From: Myxococcales bacterium | GTDB taxonomy: Bacteria > Myxococcota > Myxococcia > Myxococcales > 40CM-4-68-19 | DNA length: 44,068 nucleotides | NCBI GenBank assembly: GCA_035651935.1 | Contig: DASREU010000189.1 | Span: 1 to 44,068, forward strand | Reading direction: 5' to 3' | Shown: one piece after another, positions 1 to 11,380 of the stretch | Numbering within the stretch: the stretch's first letter is position 1 | Layout: each line of letters starts with the position of its first letter | Position numbers and translations under genes: made by a program | Notes under the pieces: model-generated | What the model saw: only the letters and a program-made list of their open reading frames with translations | Told to the model about the DNA's origin: nothing | Databases searched by the model: none

Positions 1-2169
<2,169 letters not shown>

Positions 2170-4239
2170 ATGGCCGTGCGCAAGACCAGCTACAGCGCCG
2201 CCGACATCCAGGTGCTCGAGGGACTCGAGCCCGTCCGCAAACGGCCCGCCATGTACATCGGCGGCACCGACGCCACCGGGTACCACCACCTGCTCTGGGA
2301 GATCCTCGACAACTCCGTCGACGAGGTGATCAACGGGTACGCCTCGCGCATCGAGGTGACGCTGCACAAGGACGGCAAGACGGTCACCGTGGACGACGAC
2401 GGCCGCGGCATCCCGGTGGACGTGATGCCGAAGTACAAGAAGCCGGCGCTCGAGGTGCTGCTCACGACCCTCCACTCCGGCGGCAAGTTCGAGCAGGGCA
2501 ACTACATCCACTCCGGCGGACTGCACGGAGTGGGAGCGAGCGTGGTGAACGCGCTGTCCTCCAGCCTGATCGCGAAGGTGAAGCGCGACGGCAAGCACCA
2601 CGTGCAGACGTACGCCAAGGGTCTCGCCACCTCGAAGCTGAAGGCGCAAGGAAACGCGCGCGGCACCGGCACCAGCATCACCTTCACGCCGGACGCCGAG
2701 ATCTTCGGGCTCAAGGCGAAGTTCGACGTCGAGCTGATCCGCGACCGCCTCGAGGCGAAGAGCTACCTGCACCGCGGGATGATCGTGGTCTTCCGCGACG
2801 AGACCGCGAAGCCCGCGCGCGAGGACACGTACCAGCACGAGGGCGGGATCGCCGAGTACCTGGCGAAGGTGGTGACGCAGCGGGGAAAGAACACCATCCC
2901 GGCGGCGCAGAAAGCGCCGCCCGCCGCCGGGCGGGAGCCCATCGTCACCACCGAGGAAGGCCTTCCCGAGACGGAGCTGACGGCGCAGGGCGGAGAGATC
3001 CCATCCGTGCCGCCCGTTCCAGCGATGCAGATCCCGCCGGCCGCGCTGTTCTACAAGCAGAGCGAAGGCGAGGTGCGGCTGGAAGTGGCGCTGGTCTGGA
3101 CGGAAGCCACCGACGAGCACCTGCGTAGCTACGTGAACGGCATTCCCACGCCGAACGGCGGCACGCACGAGGCGGGGCTCCGCTCCGGCGTGGTGAAGGC
3201 GGTGCGCAACTACATCGAGACGCACGGGTTGCAGCCCAAGGGCGTCACCCTCACCGCCGAGGACATCCGCGAAGGGATCTGCGGGATTCTCTCCAGCTAC
3301 GTGGTGGAGCCGCAGTTCCAGGGCCAGACCAAAGGCCGCCTGAACAATCCGGAGACCACGGCGCAGGTGGAAGGCGCGGTGCGGCCCGCGCTGGAGAAGT
3401 GGCTGAACGACGCCAAGACGGTCGCCGAGCCGATCATCGCCCGGATCATCCTCGCGGCGCGGGCGCGCGAAGCGTCCCGGGCGGCGGCGCAGCAGGTCAC
3501 CCGCAAGACCGCCATCTCCCACCGGCTCAATCTGCCCGGCAAGCTGGCCGATTGCGCATCCACCAATCCACAAGAAAGCGAGCTGTTCATCGTCGAAGGA
3601 GACTCCGCCGGCGGCTCCGCCAAGCAGGGGCGCGACCGCCGCACGCAGGCCATCCTGCCCTTGCGAGGGAAGGTGCTGAACGCGGAGCAGGCGTCCAGCG
3701 AGAAGGTGGGCCAGAACAAGGAGCTGCAGGACATCGTCTCGGCGCTGGGCTGCGGGATCGGCAGCGACTTCAAGGCCGCCAACCTGCGCTACGGGAAGAT
3801 CTTCCTGCTGATGGACGCGGACAGCGACGGGCACCACATCTCCACGCTGCTGCTCACCTTCTTCTATCGCCACATGCGCGAGCTGATCCGGAACGGCTCG
3901 GTGTTCCTCGCCCAGCCGCCGCTCTACAAGATCGAGATCGGCAAGGACACGTACTGGGCGCTCGACGACGAGGACCGCGCGCGCATCGTCAAGGAGCACG
4001 CCAAGGGAAACGCCAAGCCCAGCATCATGCGGTTCAAGGGGCTCGGCGAGATGACCGCGGAGGAGCTGAAGTCGACCACCCTCGATCCGCGCCGGAGGCT
4101 GGCCTTGAGGGTGACGATCCCGGAGGAGGCGGCGCTGGATACCGAGCGGACCATCAACGATCTGCTGGGGAAGGACGTCAGCGCCCGGTTCAAGTTCATC
4201 ATGGAGCGCGCGGGGGAAGTGAAAGAGCTCGACGTGTAG
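2170..4239 (+). CDS. parE: Type IIA DNA topoisomerase subunit B, ParE-like (GyrB/ParE family)
   Basis: 689 aa. GHKL ATPase motifs are present: [23 protein letters not shown]. Toprim motifs are present: [31 protein letters not shown]. The start directly follows the subunit A stop. It carries a roughly 50-aa Pro/Ala/Glu-rich insertion (see findings). Confidence 0.9.
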   Translation: MAVRKTSYSAADIQVLEGLEPVRKRPAMYIGGTDATGYHHLLWEILDNSVDEVINGYASRIEVTLHKDGKTVTVDDDGRGIPVDVMPKYKKPALEVLLTTLHSGGKFEQGNYIHSGGLHGVGASVVNALSSSLIAKVKRDGKHHVQTYAKGLATSKLKAQGNARGTGTSITFTPDAEIFGLKAKFDVELIRDRLEAKSYLHRGMIVVFRDETAKPAREDTYQHEGGIAEYLAKVVTQRGKNTIPAAQKAPPAAGREPIVTTEEGLPETELTAQGGEIPSVPPVPAMQIPPAALFYKQSEGEVRLEVALVWTEATDEHLRSYVNGIPTPNGGTHEAGLRSGVVKAVRNYIETHGLQPKGVTLTAEDIREGICGILSSYVVEPQFQGQTKGRLNNPETTAQVEGAVRPALEKWLNDAKTVAEPIIARIILAARAREASRAAAQQVTRKTAISHRLNLPGKLADCASTNPQESELFIVEGDSAGGSAKQGRDRRTQAILPLRGKVLNAEQASSEKVGQNKELQDIVSALGCGIGSDFKAANLRYGKIFLLMDADSDGHHISTLLLTFFYRHMRELIRNGSVFLAQPPLYKIEIGKDTYWALDDEDRARIVKEHAKGNAKPSIMRFKGLGEMTAEELKSTTLDPRRRLALRVTIPEEAALDTERTINDLLGKDVSARFKFIMERAGEVKELDV

Positions 4240-4383
4240 AGCGGTTTCCCGCACCTGCCGCCGCACGACGATGCCCGGGCGCCGCCCGGCCAACGGCCGA
4301 TATCCGCGCCTCGTCAGGATCCAGCGCGCAACGTCCCTGCAGGGAGCGGAGGGACGGGTCGCACGCCGCTCCCAAGGCGGGTC

Positions 4384-4797
4384 TCAGCCCCCGAGCATCT
4401 CGTCGTATCCGCGGCCGCGGAGCTCGAGCAGGCAGAAGCCGTTGCCGAAGGGATCGGCGAGGACCGCCAGCCGCCCCCAGTTCCTGGTCTCGATCTCGCG
4501 GTCGAGGGTCGCGCCGGCCGCCTGCGCCCGGGCCACCGCCGCGTCGACGTCCGGGACGACGCAGTCGAAGTGCACCGGCGTCCAGTGGCGCCGGTAATCG
4601 CGCACCGCGGCCGATCGCGGGCTGGCCGGAGTGCCCGCAGGTTGCGCAAGCAGATCCAGGGGCGACGACGCGCCGAGCATCTCCGCCCAGTGCGCTCCGA
4701 GACGGCGGCCCTCGGTCAGGCCGAGGGCGTCACGATAGAAGGCGACGGCTTTCTCGAGGTCCTCCACGTCCACGCAAACTCGCAGTTGCAGGGTCAA
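4384..4797 (-). CDS. VOC family protein (glyoxalase/bleomycin-resistance/dioxygenase fold)
   Basis: 137 aa. The N-terminus (VCVDVEDLEKAVAFYRDALGL) and the C-terminal segment (WGRLAVLADPFGNGFCLLE) are typical of VOC/glyoxalase-fold proteins. The start is TTG, preceded by a near-perfect Shine-Dalgarno sequence. Confidence 0.8.
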   Translation of the reverse strand: MTLQLRVCVDVEDLEKAVAFYRDALGLTEGRRLGAHWAEMLGASSPLDLLAQPAGTPASPRSAAVRDYRRHWTPVHFDCVVPDVDAAVARAQAAGATLDREIETRNWGRLAVLADPFGNGFCLLELRGRGYDEMLGG

Positions 4798-4801
4798 GGA
4801 T

Positions 4802-4808
4802 CACCTCC
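4802..4808 (-). promoter_or_regulatory. Shine-Dalgarno site (GGAGGTG) for the VOC gene
   Basis: The minus strand reads GAGGGAGGTGATCC-TTG. The GGAGGTG core lies 4 nt upstream of the TTG start at 4795-4797. Confidence 0.6.
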
Positions 4809-5046
4809 CTCGCCGGGACTTCCGGCGCGCCGGCTTCGCTGGCGTGCGCACGCCGCCGGCGGCGCGATGGCCCTTCCATCAGACGGGACACCCGCCCGGG
4901 CCCCTGTACTTGTGGCCTCTCGAGCACGTCTTCCATCCACCCGGGTTCGCAGCCGGCATCGCCTGAGTCTAGCTCGGCGCGCGGTCGCGCCGGCTGACCC
5001 GCAGCGCCGCGGGGTTCGCGCGCTGCCGTGGGACTATTGCACGCGC

Positions 5047-5748
5047 CTACCGATCGGGCACGAACTGCCAGCGCGCCGTCACCTGGACGCGCAGGGTCAG
5101 CTCTCCGGGCTCGATCGGCGCCGCCGCCTTTGCGGTGAACATCTCCGCTGCGCGATACATCGGCCGCGGTCCGGTGTCCGCCGTCGAGAGCTCGAGCAAC
5201 GGCCCGAGACCGCCTCCTCCGGCGCGCGCCATCGCCTCGGCGTCGCCCCGGGCCTTGCCGATCGCTTCGGCGAGCGCCTGCCGTCGCCCTGCGTCGGTGC
5301 TCGAAGAATAGAACTCCAGCGCGTTGATCTGGTTGGCGCCCTTCGCCAGCGCCGCGTCGATCACCGGCCCGACCTGATCCGTGCGGCGCACCTCGACGCG
5401 GACGACGTTCGTCACCACGTACCCGGTCACGACCGGATTCTGACCCGCGGGATTGGTGCGCGTCTCGGTCGCGACGTCGTAGTTCTCGGTGGCGATCTGC
5501 TGCCGCGGAATTCCCGCTGCCACGATCGCTGCGATCACCGCCTGCTGCCGCGCATTGTTGTCGCGCGCGGCCGCCGCCGCGCTGGTGCCCCGCGTCTGCA
5601 CCCCGATGAGGATGTTCGCTCGATCGGGCGTGAGCCGCGCTTCTCCGGACGCGGAGGTGACGATCTGGGGCGGCGCCGGCGACATCGATGCGGGGCTGGT
5701 TGCCAGAGCGGCCGACAGGACGAGGACGGAGGCGGGGAGCGCGATCAT
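5047..5748 (-). CDS. SIMPL domain-containing periplasmic protein (DUF541, 26-kDa periplasmic immunogenic protein family)
   Basis: This is the in-frame ATG at residue 187 of ORF 5047..6306 (233 aa). It has an N-terminal signal peptide (MIALPASVLVLSAALATS). The body is SIMPL-like (GEARLTPDRANILIGVQT ... GYVVTNVVRVEV ... GELTLRVQVTARWQF). The upstream part of the tracked ORF is shadow-like. Confidence 0.75.
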   Translation of the reverse strand: MIALPASVLVLSAALATSPASMSPAPPQIVTSASGEARLTPDRANILIGVQTRGTSAAAAARDNNARQQAVIAAIVAAGIPRQQIATENYDVATETRTNPAGQNPVVTGYVVTNVVRVEVRRTDQVGPVIDAALAKGANQINALEFYSSSTDAGRRQALAEAIGKARGDAEAMARAGGGGLGPLLELSTADTGPRPMYRAAEMFTAKAAAPIEPGELTLRVQVTARWQFVPDR

Positions 5749-5803
5749 CGCGGCGAGTGTAACCTTTCGGGCGCCAGGGAGCAGATCGCCCGGAGGTGGC
5801 GCG

Positions 5804-6556
5804 ATGGCCGTGCGGCGCAGGGAGATCCTCTGGTGGATGACGGGCGCAGCCGCTGCTCTGGCGGCGCCGAGGGTGAGCGCCGCGCCGATCAAGGCGGTGC
5901 TGTTCGACGCCTTTCCAGTTCTCGATCCCCGCCCGGTGTTCGCGCTGGCCGAGCAGCTCTTTCCCGGGAACGGGAAGGCGTTCGGCGAGGCATGGCGGAC
6001 GCGGCTGTTCGAGTACCAGTGGCTGCGGGCGCTCTCCGGCCGGTATGCAGACTTCCTGGACGCGGCGGAGGGCGCGCTCGTGTTCGCCGCCAAGGCGCAG
6101 AAGGTGGACCTCACGGAGGAGAAGCGCACGCGCCTCGTGCAGTCCTGGCTCGCGCTGAAGGCGTGGCCCGACGCACCGCCGGCGCTGCACGCGCTCAAGC
6201 AGGACGGCGTCCGGCTTGCCTTTCTCTCCAACGCGACGCCGCGGATGCTCGAAGCCGGCATCCACAACTCGTCGCTGGAGTTCGTCTTCGAGCAGGCGAT
6301 CAGCACCGACCGGATACGGACCTACAAGCCCGACCCGCGCGCGTACCAGCTCGGCGTCGACGCGCTCCGGCTCCCCGCGGGCGAGATCCTCTTCGCGGCG
6401 TTCGCCGGATGGGACGCGAGCGGCGCGAAGTGGTTCGGGTATCCGACGTTCTGGGTGAACCGCGCGGGAGCGGCCGCCGAGGAGCTGGGTGCGCCGCCGG
6501 ACGGCATCGGATCGACGATGGACGATCTGCTGCGCTTCGTGCGCGCGCGGAGATGA
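5804..6556 (+). CDS. Haloacid dehalogenase type II (L-2-haloacid dehalogenase family, HAD superfamily) with a predicted Tat signal peptide
   Basis: This is the ATG at residue 106 of ORF 5489..6556 (250 aa). Family motifs: IKAVLFDAF (nucleophile Asp), RLFEYQWLRALSG, AFLSNATPRML, TYKPDPRAY, FAGWDASGAKWFGYPTFWVNR. The N-terminus MAVRRREILWW...VSA resembles a twin-arginine signal. Confidence 0.8.
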   Translation: MAVRRREILWWMTGAAAALAAPRVSAAPIKAVLFDAFPVLDPRPVFALAEQLFPGNGKAFGEAWRTRLFEYQWLRALSGRYADFLDAAEGALVFAAKAQKVDLTEEKRTRLVQSWLALKAWPDAPPALHALKQDGVRLAFLSNATPRMLEAGIHNSSLEFVFEQAISTDRIRTYKPDPRAYQLGVDALRLPAGEILFAAFAGWDASGAKWFGYPTFWVNRAGAAAEELGAPPDGIGSTMDDLLRFVRARR

Positions 6557-6562
6557 CGCGCG

Positions 6563-6922
6563 CTACGCCGCGCAGGCTTCCTTCACCGCGGCCTCCAGCT
6601 CGTCCAGGTCCACCGGCTTCGGCAGCAGCTTCGCACCGCGCGCGAATCGCAGCAGCCGCGCGGAGCCGTCGCCGGTGAGCACGATCACGCGCGCGCGACC
6701 ATGGCGCGTGCGCTCGAGGAACTCCGTCCCGTCCATGCCGGGCATGCGCAGGTCGAGGAGGATCACGTCAGGATCGTCGCCTTCGTCGATCTTGCGCAAC
6801 GCGGCGGCGGCGGTCGCGACCGCTTCGACCAGAAAACCGGCGTCCCGCATCGCATCGAGCAAGGCCTCACGCGTGTCTTCGTCGTCGTCGATGATCAGGA
6901 CCTTGCAGTGGGGTGCGCTCAT
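6563..6922 (-). CDS. Single-domain response regulator (CheY-like receiver)
   Basis: This is an internal ATG of ORF 6563..7402 (119 aa). Receiver motifs: KVLIIDDDED, phospho-acceptor context ILLDLRMPGMDG, VLTG, LPKP. There is no output domain. Confidence 0.8.
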   Translation of the reverse strand: MSAPHCKVLIIDDDEDTREALLDAMRDAGFLVEAVATAAAALRKIDEGDDPDVILLDLRMPGMDGTEFLERTRHGRARVIVLTGDGSARLLRFARGAKLLPKPVDLDELEAAVKEACAA

Positions 6923-6989
6923 CGAAGTCCCTCCGGGTGGGTGGCGCCACTCTTCCCTCGAACCGCACGTGTAGGATAATGCCGTTCCC

Positions 6990-7442
6990 GTGCGTGGCAC
7001 CTTCCGACGCGACCTGGCGCTTGCTCCCGGCCCCGGATTCCGCCTCGGACGGAAACGGTCCGCCACCATCCTCTCGGTGGTGCTCGCCCTGACCGCCGCG
7101 GGCTGGGGAGCGTACGACCTCTGGACCGGCCACCGCGTCATCGGCCTTGCGACCGCCGCGTTGGCCGTCGCCTTCACCATCCAGCTCGTCCAGGGTGAGC
7201 TGGCCGGGTGGCGGTTCGAAGGCGCGGAGCTTCGATCCCGGCGGGTGCGGGTGAAGGCCCGCGAGATCGAAAGCGTCCACGTCGCTGCTCGCGGCGGCCG
7301 CGCCCGCGCCTGGGTGGAAACGCGCGCCGGAGAGCAGGTGGCGCTCCTCGAGGGGGAGGAGCGCGAAGTCCGCCGCATCGTCGACCGGCTGTCGGGAGTC
7401 ATCCGACTCGCCGCTTTCCCTCCGGGCCGGACGATAAACTAA
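6990..7442 (+). CDS. Hypothetical membrane protein (two predicted TM helices plus a small soluble C-terminal domain)
   Basis: 150 aa. GC3 is high. Hydrophobic segments are ILSVVLALTAAGWGAY and VIGLATAALAVAFTIQLV. It lies 10 nt upstream of the next gene on the same strand. I recognise no family. Confidence 0.55.
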   Translation: MRGTFRRDLALAPGPGFRLGRKRSATILSVVLALTAAGWGAYDLWTGHRVIGLATAALAVAFTIQLVQGELAGWRFEGAELRSRRVRVKAREIESVHVAARGGRARAWVETRAGEQVALLEGEEREVRRIVDRLSGVIRLAAFPPGRTIN

Positions 7443-7452
7443 GCTGTCCGCC

Positions 7453-8910
7453 GTGCCGGCCGCCCTCTTCCTGCTCGCCGTCGCCGCAGCGGCGCCGCGT
7501 TTCCATGTCCAGCCGCTCGCGGTCGAGGGCGAGGTGGCCTCGGTGGTGGCCGCCGATCTGGACGGAGACGGCCGCAAGGACCTGGTCGCCGTCTACAAGA
7601 CGGGAATTCCGCCGTACCAGAAGAGATCGTTCGCCATCTTCTGGAACCGCGCGGGGATCTTCGCGCCCCGTCCCGATCTGACGCTGGCGGTGGACGAGAC
7701 CGAGGCCTGCGCTTACGACGTCGGGGTCGTCGGACCCGGGCCAGCGGAGGACCTGCTGGTGATGACCCCGCGCGCGATCAACGCCAAGTCGTTCGCCGGC
7801 CGCATCCCCGCTCCACCGCGGCGGCTGGTCGAGCGCCAGACCCTCTTCCACCAGCCGATCAACGGCGAGCTCCCGCGCGTCCGCCTGGTGCGAGACCTCT
7901 TCGGTCCCGGCAGCCACGATCTCCTCGTGCCATCGCTCGGCGCGCTGGCCATCTTTCGCCGCAATGCGAGCGGAGCCTACGAGAAGGCCGCGGAGATGGA
8001 AGTCGACATGGAGGTGAGCGGCGGGGCGCGCCGGGGCGAGGCCCTCGAGGTGCGTTACGGCTTTCCCGTCCTGCACATCTTCGACGCCGACGGAGACGGG
8101 TTGCGCGACATCTTCGCCATCCAGGAGGACCGGGTGGCGATCTATCGCCAGGGTCCCGGGTTCACCTTCCATCCGCAGCCCGACTACAGCCGCGACTTCT
8201 CCGTGCGCACGCCCGCCGACCACCGCGAGCGGGGGACCTCGGTCACCACCCTGGTCGCCGATCTCGACGGCGACGGGTTCGCGGACCTGATCATCCGCAA
8301 GCAGGTGTTCGAGGGGGTCACTTCCGCCCGAAGCACCAGCTACGTCTTCTTCGGCCGGAAGGACGGCTTCGCGCGCGAGCCCGCGCAGGTGCTGGAGAGC
8401 GAGGGAGTGACGCTCTTCCAGAACCAGCTCATCGACCTGAACGGAGATGGCCGGCCGGATCTGGTGGTGCCGTACACCAGCTTCGGCGTCTTCGCGCTCA
8501 TCCGCATGCTGACGGCGAAGACGGCCAAGGTGGATTTCCAGATCTATCCGTTCGAGGCGAAGGCGCGGAAGTTCGCCGTCGACCCGGTCGCCGACCGGGA
8601 TCTGAAGTTCCGCATTCCTCTCTCCGGGGACACCGATCTGCAGGCGGTGAGCCTCACCGCCGACGTCACCGGCGACGGCAGGCCGGACCTGATCTTCGGT
8701 TCCGGGGAGGAGCAGCTCGACATCTATCCCGCGCTCGGAGGCGGCGAGTTCGCGAAGGTTCCCGCGGAGACGATCGAGGTGCGCGCCGCCGGGGTGCTCG
8801 AAGCGGTGGACCTCGACGGAAAAGGCCGCAGCGATCTGATCCTCTACTACCCGAAGACCCGCGGACACGGCGCCGAGATCGTGGTGCTGACGAACCGGGG
8901 AGGCTGGTGA
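7453..8910 (+). CDS. FG-GAP/VCBS repeat-containing secreted protein (beta-propeller)
   Basis: 485 aa, GTG start, with a signal peptide (MPAALFLLAVAAAAP). Six Ca-binding style repeats are present: DLDGDGRKDL, DADGDGLRDI, DLDGDGFADL, DLNGDGRPDL, DVTGDGRPDL, DLDGKGRSDL. Confidence 0.8.
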   Translation: MPAALFLLAVAAAAPRFHVQPLAVEGEVASVVAADLDGDGRKDLVAVYKTGIPPYQKRSFAIFWNRAGIFAPRPDLTLAVDETEACAYDVGVVGPGPAEDLLVMTPRAINAKSFAGRIPAPPRRLVERQTLFHQPINGELPRVRLVRDLFGPGSHDLLVPSLGALAIFRRNASGAYEKAAEMEVDMEVSGGARRGEALEVRYGFPVLHIFDADGDGLRDIFAIQEDRVAIYRQGPGFTFHPQPDYSRDFSVRTPADHRERGTSVTTLVADLDGDGFADLIIRKQVFEGVTSARSTSYVFFGRKDGFAREPAQVLESEGVTLFQNQLIDLNGDGRPDLVVPYTSFGVFALIRMLTAKTAKVDFQIYPFEAKARKFAVDPVADRDLKFRIPLSGDTDLQAVSLTADVTGDGRPDLIFGSGEEQLDIYPALGGGEFAKVPAETIEVRAAGVLEAVDLDGKGRSDLILYYPKTRGHGAEIVVLTNRGGW

Positions 8911-9566
8911 TGGCGCTGTACGTCCGGCAGCTCAAGCTCGGTCCGATGGACAACTTCGTGTACCTGGTGGGCGCGGCCGGCGCTTCCGAGACCGCGATCG
9001 TCGATCCGGCCTGGGACGTCGCCGCTGCCGCCCGCGCCGCGGAAGAGGACGGTCGCACGCTCACCCACGCGCTCGTCTCGCACCACCATTTCGACCACGT
9101 CAACGGCGTTCCGTTCGTGCTCGGCCGCAGCGGGATCCGCGTCTTCGCGCACCGCGCGGACGTTCCCGGCCTCTCGCCCGAAGTGAGGCGCGAGGTGACC
9201 CCGATCGATGCCGGCGACGCCGTGGAGGTTGGGCCGCTGCGCATCGTCGCGATGCACACGCCGGGTCACACTCCTGGCTCGACCTGCTGGCACGCCGGAG
9301 AAGGGCTGTTCGCCGGAGATACGGTGTTCGTCAACGCCTGCGGCCGCTGCGACCTCGCCGGCGGCGATCCGGAGCAGATGTTCCAGAGTCTCCGCCGGGT
9401 CTCGGAGCTTCCGCCCGAGGTGCGGCTCTACCCAGGCCACGACTACGGCGACGTGCCGATCTCGTCGATCGCGCGCGAGCGGGAGCGCAACCCGTACTTC
9501 CAGAAGCTCTCCTCGCTCAGCGACTTCGTGGCGTACCGCATGAGCCCCAAAAAGCCGTCTCTCTAG
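8907..9566 (+). CDS. MBL-fold metallo-hydrolase (glyoxalase II-like)
   Basis: 219 aa. The HxHxDH metal motif is present (VSHHHFDHVNG), as are later His and Asp ligands (HTPGHTPGS, GDTVF, PGHDYG). The start overlaps the upstream stop by 4 nt (GTGATG). Confidence 0.85.
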   Translation: MMALYVRQLKLGPMDNFVYLVGAAGASETAIVDPAWDVAAAARAAEEDGRTLTHALVSHHHFDHVNGVPFVLGRSGIRVFAHRADVPGLSPEVRREVTPIDAGDAVEVGPLRIVAMHTPGHTPGSTCWHAGEGLFAGDTVFVNACGRCDLAGGDPEQMFQSLRRVSELPPEVRLYPGHDYGDVPISSIARERERNPYFQKLSSLSDFVAYRMSPKKPSL

Positions 9567-9582
9567 CTCGAGCGCGTTCCCG

Positions 9583-10635
9583 CTAGAGCTGCGCGCTGGT
9601 CAGCCACTGCTTGTGCTGCTCGGTGCCGTCGAACATCTGCGTGGTCTTGAACTTCTCCCACTTGCCGCCCTGCGCGTACGGCGCGGTGCGCGCGAGCAAC
9701 TTCTGCCGCTCGTCGTCCGTCATCGGCTGGAAGGTGGTGGCGAGCCAGAGCGCCTGCTCGAGGACGCCCTCGCTGTCGCATCCGGTGATCGTGACGCTCA
9801 CGCCCGGCACGCTCATCGCGTAGCGCAGGCAGTCCACCGCCCCGGCGGCGCCGGCTTCGAGGATCAGCCCCGCGGCCATCGACTTCATCCCGAGGACTCC
9901 GATGCCTTCCTGCTCCGCGAGCGGCAGTACTTCCTTCTCGAAGCTGCGGTAGTGCGCGTCCAGCACGTTGAGCGGCATCTGCACGGTGTCGAAGTGGAAG
10001 CCGTTGCCGCGGGCCGTCTCGATCATCTTGCGGTGGATGCGCGGGTCCTTGTGCCCGGTGAATCCGATGAAGCGCAGCTTGCCGGCCTTGCGCGCCGCGA
10101 GCAGCCCCTCGATGGTGCCGCCCCTCGCGAAGCAGCGCTCCGGGTCGTCGTCGCGGATGACCTCGTGGATCTGCACGAGGTCGATCGAACGCGTCTGCAG
10201 CCGCCGGAGCGACTGCTCCAGCTGACCGAGCGCCGACTTCGCGGTGCGCCCGTCGAGCTTCGTCATCAGGAAGGCCTTCTCGCGATATCCGTCGCGCAGC
10301 GCCTTCCCCATCCGCTCCTCGCTCTTGCCGTCGTTGTAGTCCCAGCAGTTGTCGAGGAAGTTCACCCCGTGGTCGAGCGCGCGCCGGACGATGCGGATGC
10401 TCTCCTGCTCGTCGTGCGGAAGGCCGAGGTGGTAGCCGCCGATGCCGACGATCGAGACCCGCACCCCGGTGCGGCCCAGCTCGCGCGTCCGGGCGCGCGC
10501 ATCGGAAGGGATCCTGTACTTGCCCGTCGGCACCGCACCGGGCGGCGCGCCTCCCGCCTGCTTCTCCGCTCCTCTTGCCGCCATGGCGAACATCCCTCCG
10601 CACAGCGTTGCCAGAACCTTGCGTCGCGTGGCCAT
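9583..10635 (-). CDS. Aldo/keto reductase with a predicted Tat signal peptide
   Basis: This is the ATG at residue 22 of ORF 9583..10698 (350 aa). AKR motifs: LGRTGVRVSIVGIGGYHLG, FLDNCWDYNDGKSEERMGKAL, IDLVQIHEV, IGFTGH. The N-terminus is MATRRKVLATLCGGMFAMAARG. Confidence 0.85.
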   Translation of the reverse strand: MATRRKVLATLCGGMFAMAARGAEKQAGGAPPGAVPTGKYRIPSDARARTRELGRTGVRVSIVGIGGYHLGLPHDEQESIRIVRRALDHGVNFLDNCWDYNDGKSEERMGKALRDGYREKAFLMTKLDGRTAKSALGQLEQSLRRLQTRSIDLVQIHEVIRDDDPERCFARGGTIEGLLAARKAGKLRFIGFTGHKDPRIHRKMIETARGNGFHFDTVQMPLNVLDAHYRSFEKEVLPLAEQEGIGVLGMKSMAAGLILEAGAAGAVDCLRYAMSVPGVSVTITGCDSEGVLEQALWLATTFQPMTDDERQKLLARTAPYAQGGKWEKFKTTQMFDGTEQHKQWLTSAQL

Positions 10636-10666
10636 CTGCGAAGCTATGGCACGGTCGCCTCCGCCG

Positions 10667-11371
10667 TCAGAGGGCCTCGGCCGCGCGGCGCAAGGCACCG
10701 GACGGATCCACCGAGATCACCGGGCCGTGGCAGGTGAAGACGTGCTGGAGGCCGGGGGTGTCGGCGAGCCGCGAGAGGTGCGCCTTGAGCTCGCGGCGGT
10801 CGGCGACTCCGATCCAGCGGATCAGCCGGGGAACGTGGAGGTCGCCGGCGAATCCCAGGGCGCTGACCAGGAGGCCCGGCACACCGCGGGGCCGGGCCGC
10901 GTTCATCAGCACGTCTCCGGGAAAGCAGAGCGAAGCCCGCGAGGCCGACCGCGCCGTGCACACCACGTCGCCCATCTTCGCGCCGGCGACCGGCGCGACC
11001 ACCACCCCGGGATCGTCGGGCAAGAGCTCGAGCCAGCCGTCCACCTGCACGATCTCGCGGATCCGCTTGCGGGCGCCCTGGCCGGCGAGCACGCGAAGCT
11101 TCGGGTAGCGCGCCTTGAACGAGCCCAGATCGAGGCGGTGGAACCCGTTCGCCGCGACCGCGAACGCAGGCTCCCCCCACGCTTCGATCTCCTTCATCGA
11201 GGGCGCGTCCAGCGCGATGGCATTGAGGAAGACGAGCTGTCCAGAGGCGAGGCGCGCGATCCCCATCCTGCGCTTGAACGGCCCGCGCGGCAGGTCGGCC
11301 TCGACGCTCCAGAGGTTCTCCTGCAGCTTCTCGATCGGACGATGGGGAAGGACGGTCCAGGGCCTCGGCAC
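10667..11371 (-). CDS. Hypothetical protein, possibly DUF4336/MBL-fold-like
   Basis: 234 aa with normal amino-acid composition and high GC3. It is packed tightly between the M50 gene (9-nt gap) and the AKR gene (31-nt gap). The family assignment is only a resemblance from memory. Confidence 0.6.
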   Translation of the reverse strand: MPRPWTVLPHRPIEKLQENLWSVEADLPRGPFKRRMGIARLASGQLVFLNAIALDAPSMKEIEAWGEPAFAVAANGFHRLDLGSFKARYPKLRVLAGQGARKRIREIVQVDGWLELLPDDPGVVVAPVAGAKMGDVVCTARSASRASLCFPGDVLMNAARPRGVPGLLVSALGFAGDLHVPRLIRWIGVADRRELKAHLSRLADTPGLQHVFTCHGPVISVDPSGALRRAAEAL

Positions 11372-11380
11372 GCGCGGAGC

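Noticed and set aside
4342-4373. A GGGAGCGG / CCGCTCCC stem with a 16-nt loop between the convergent parE-like and VOC genes, as an intrinsic terminator. A similar CCGCCG/CGGCGG stem lies at 26145-26162.
   Set aside because: The loops are large or the stems short, and there is no U-tract. Such structures are frequent by chance in 70% GC DNA. I do not report them as terminators.
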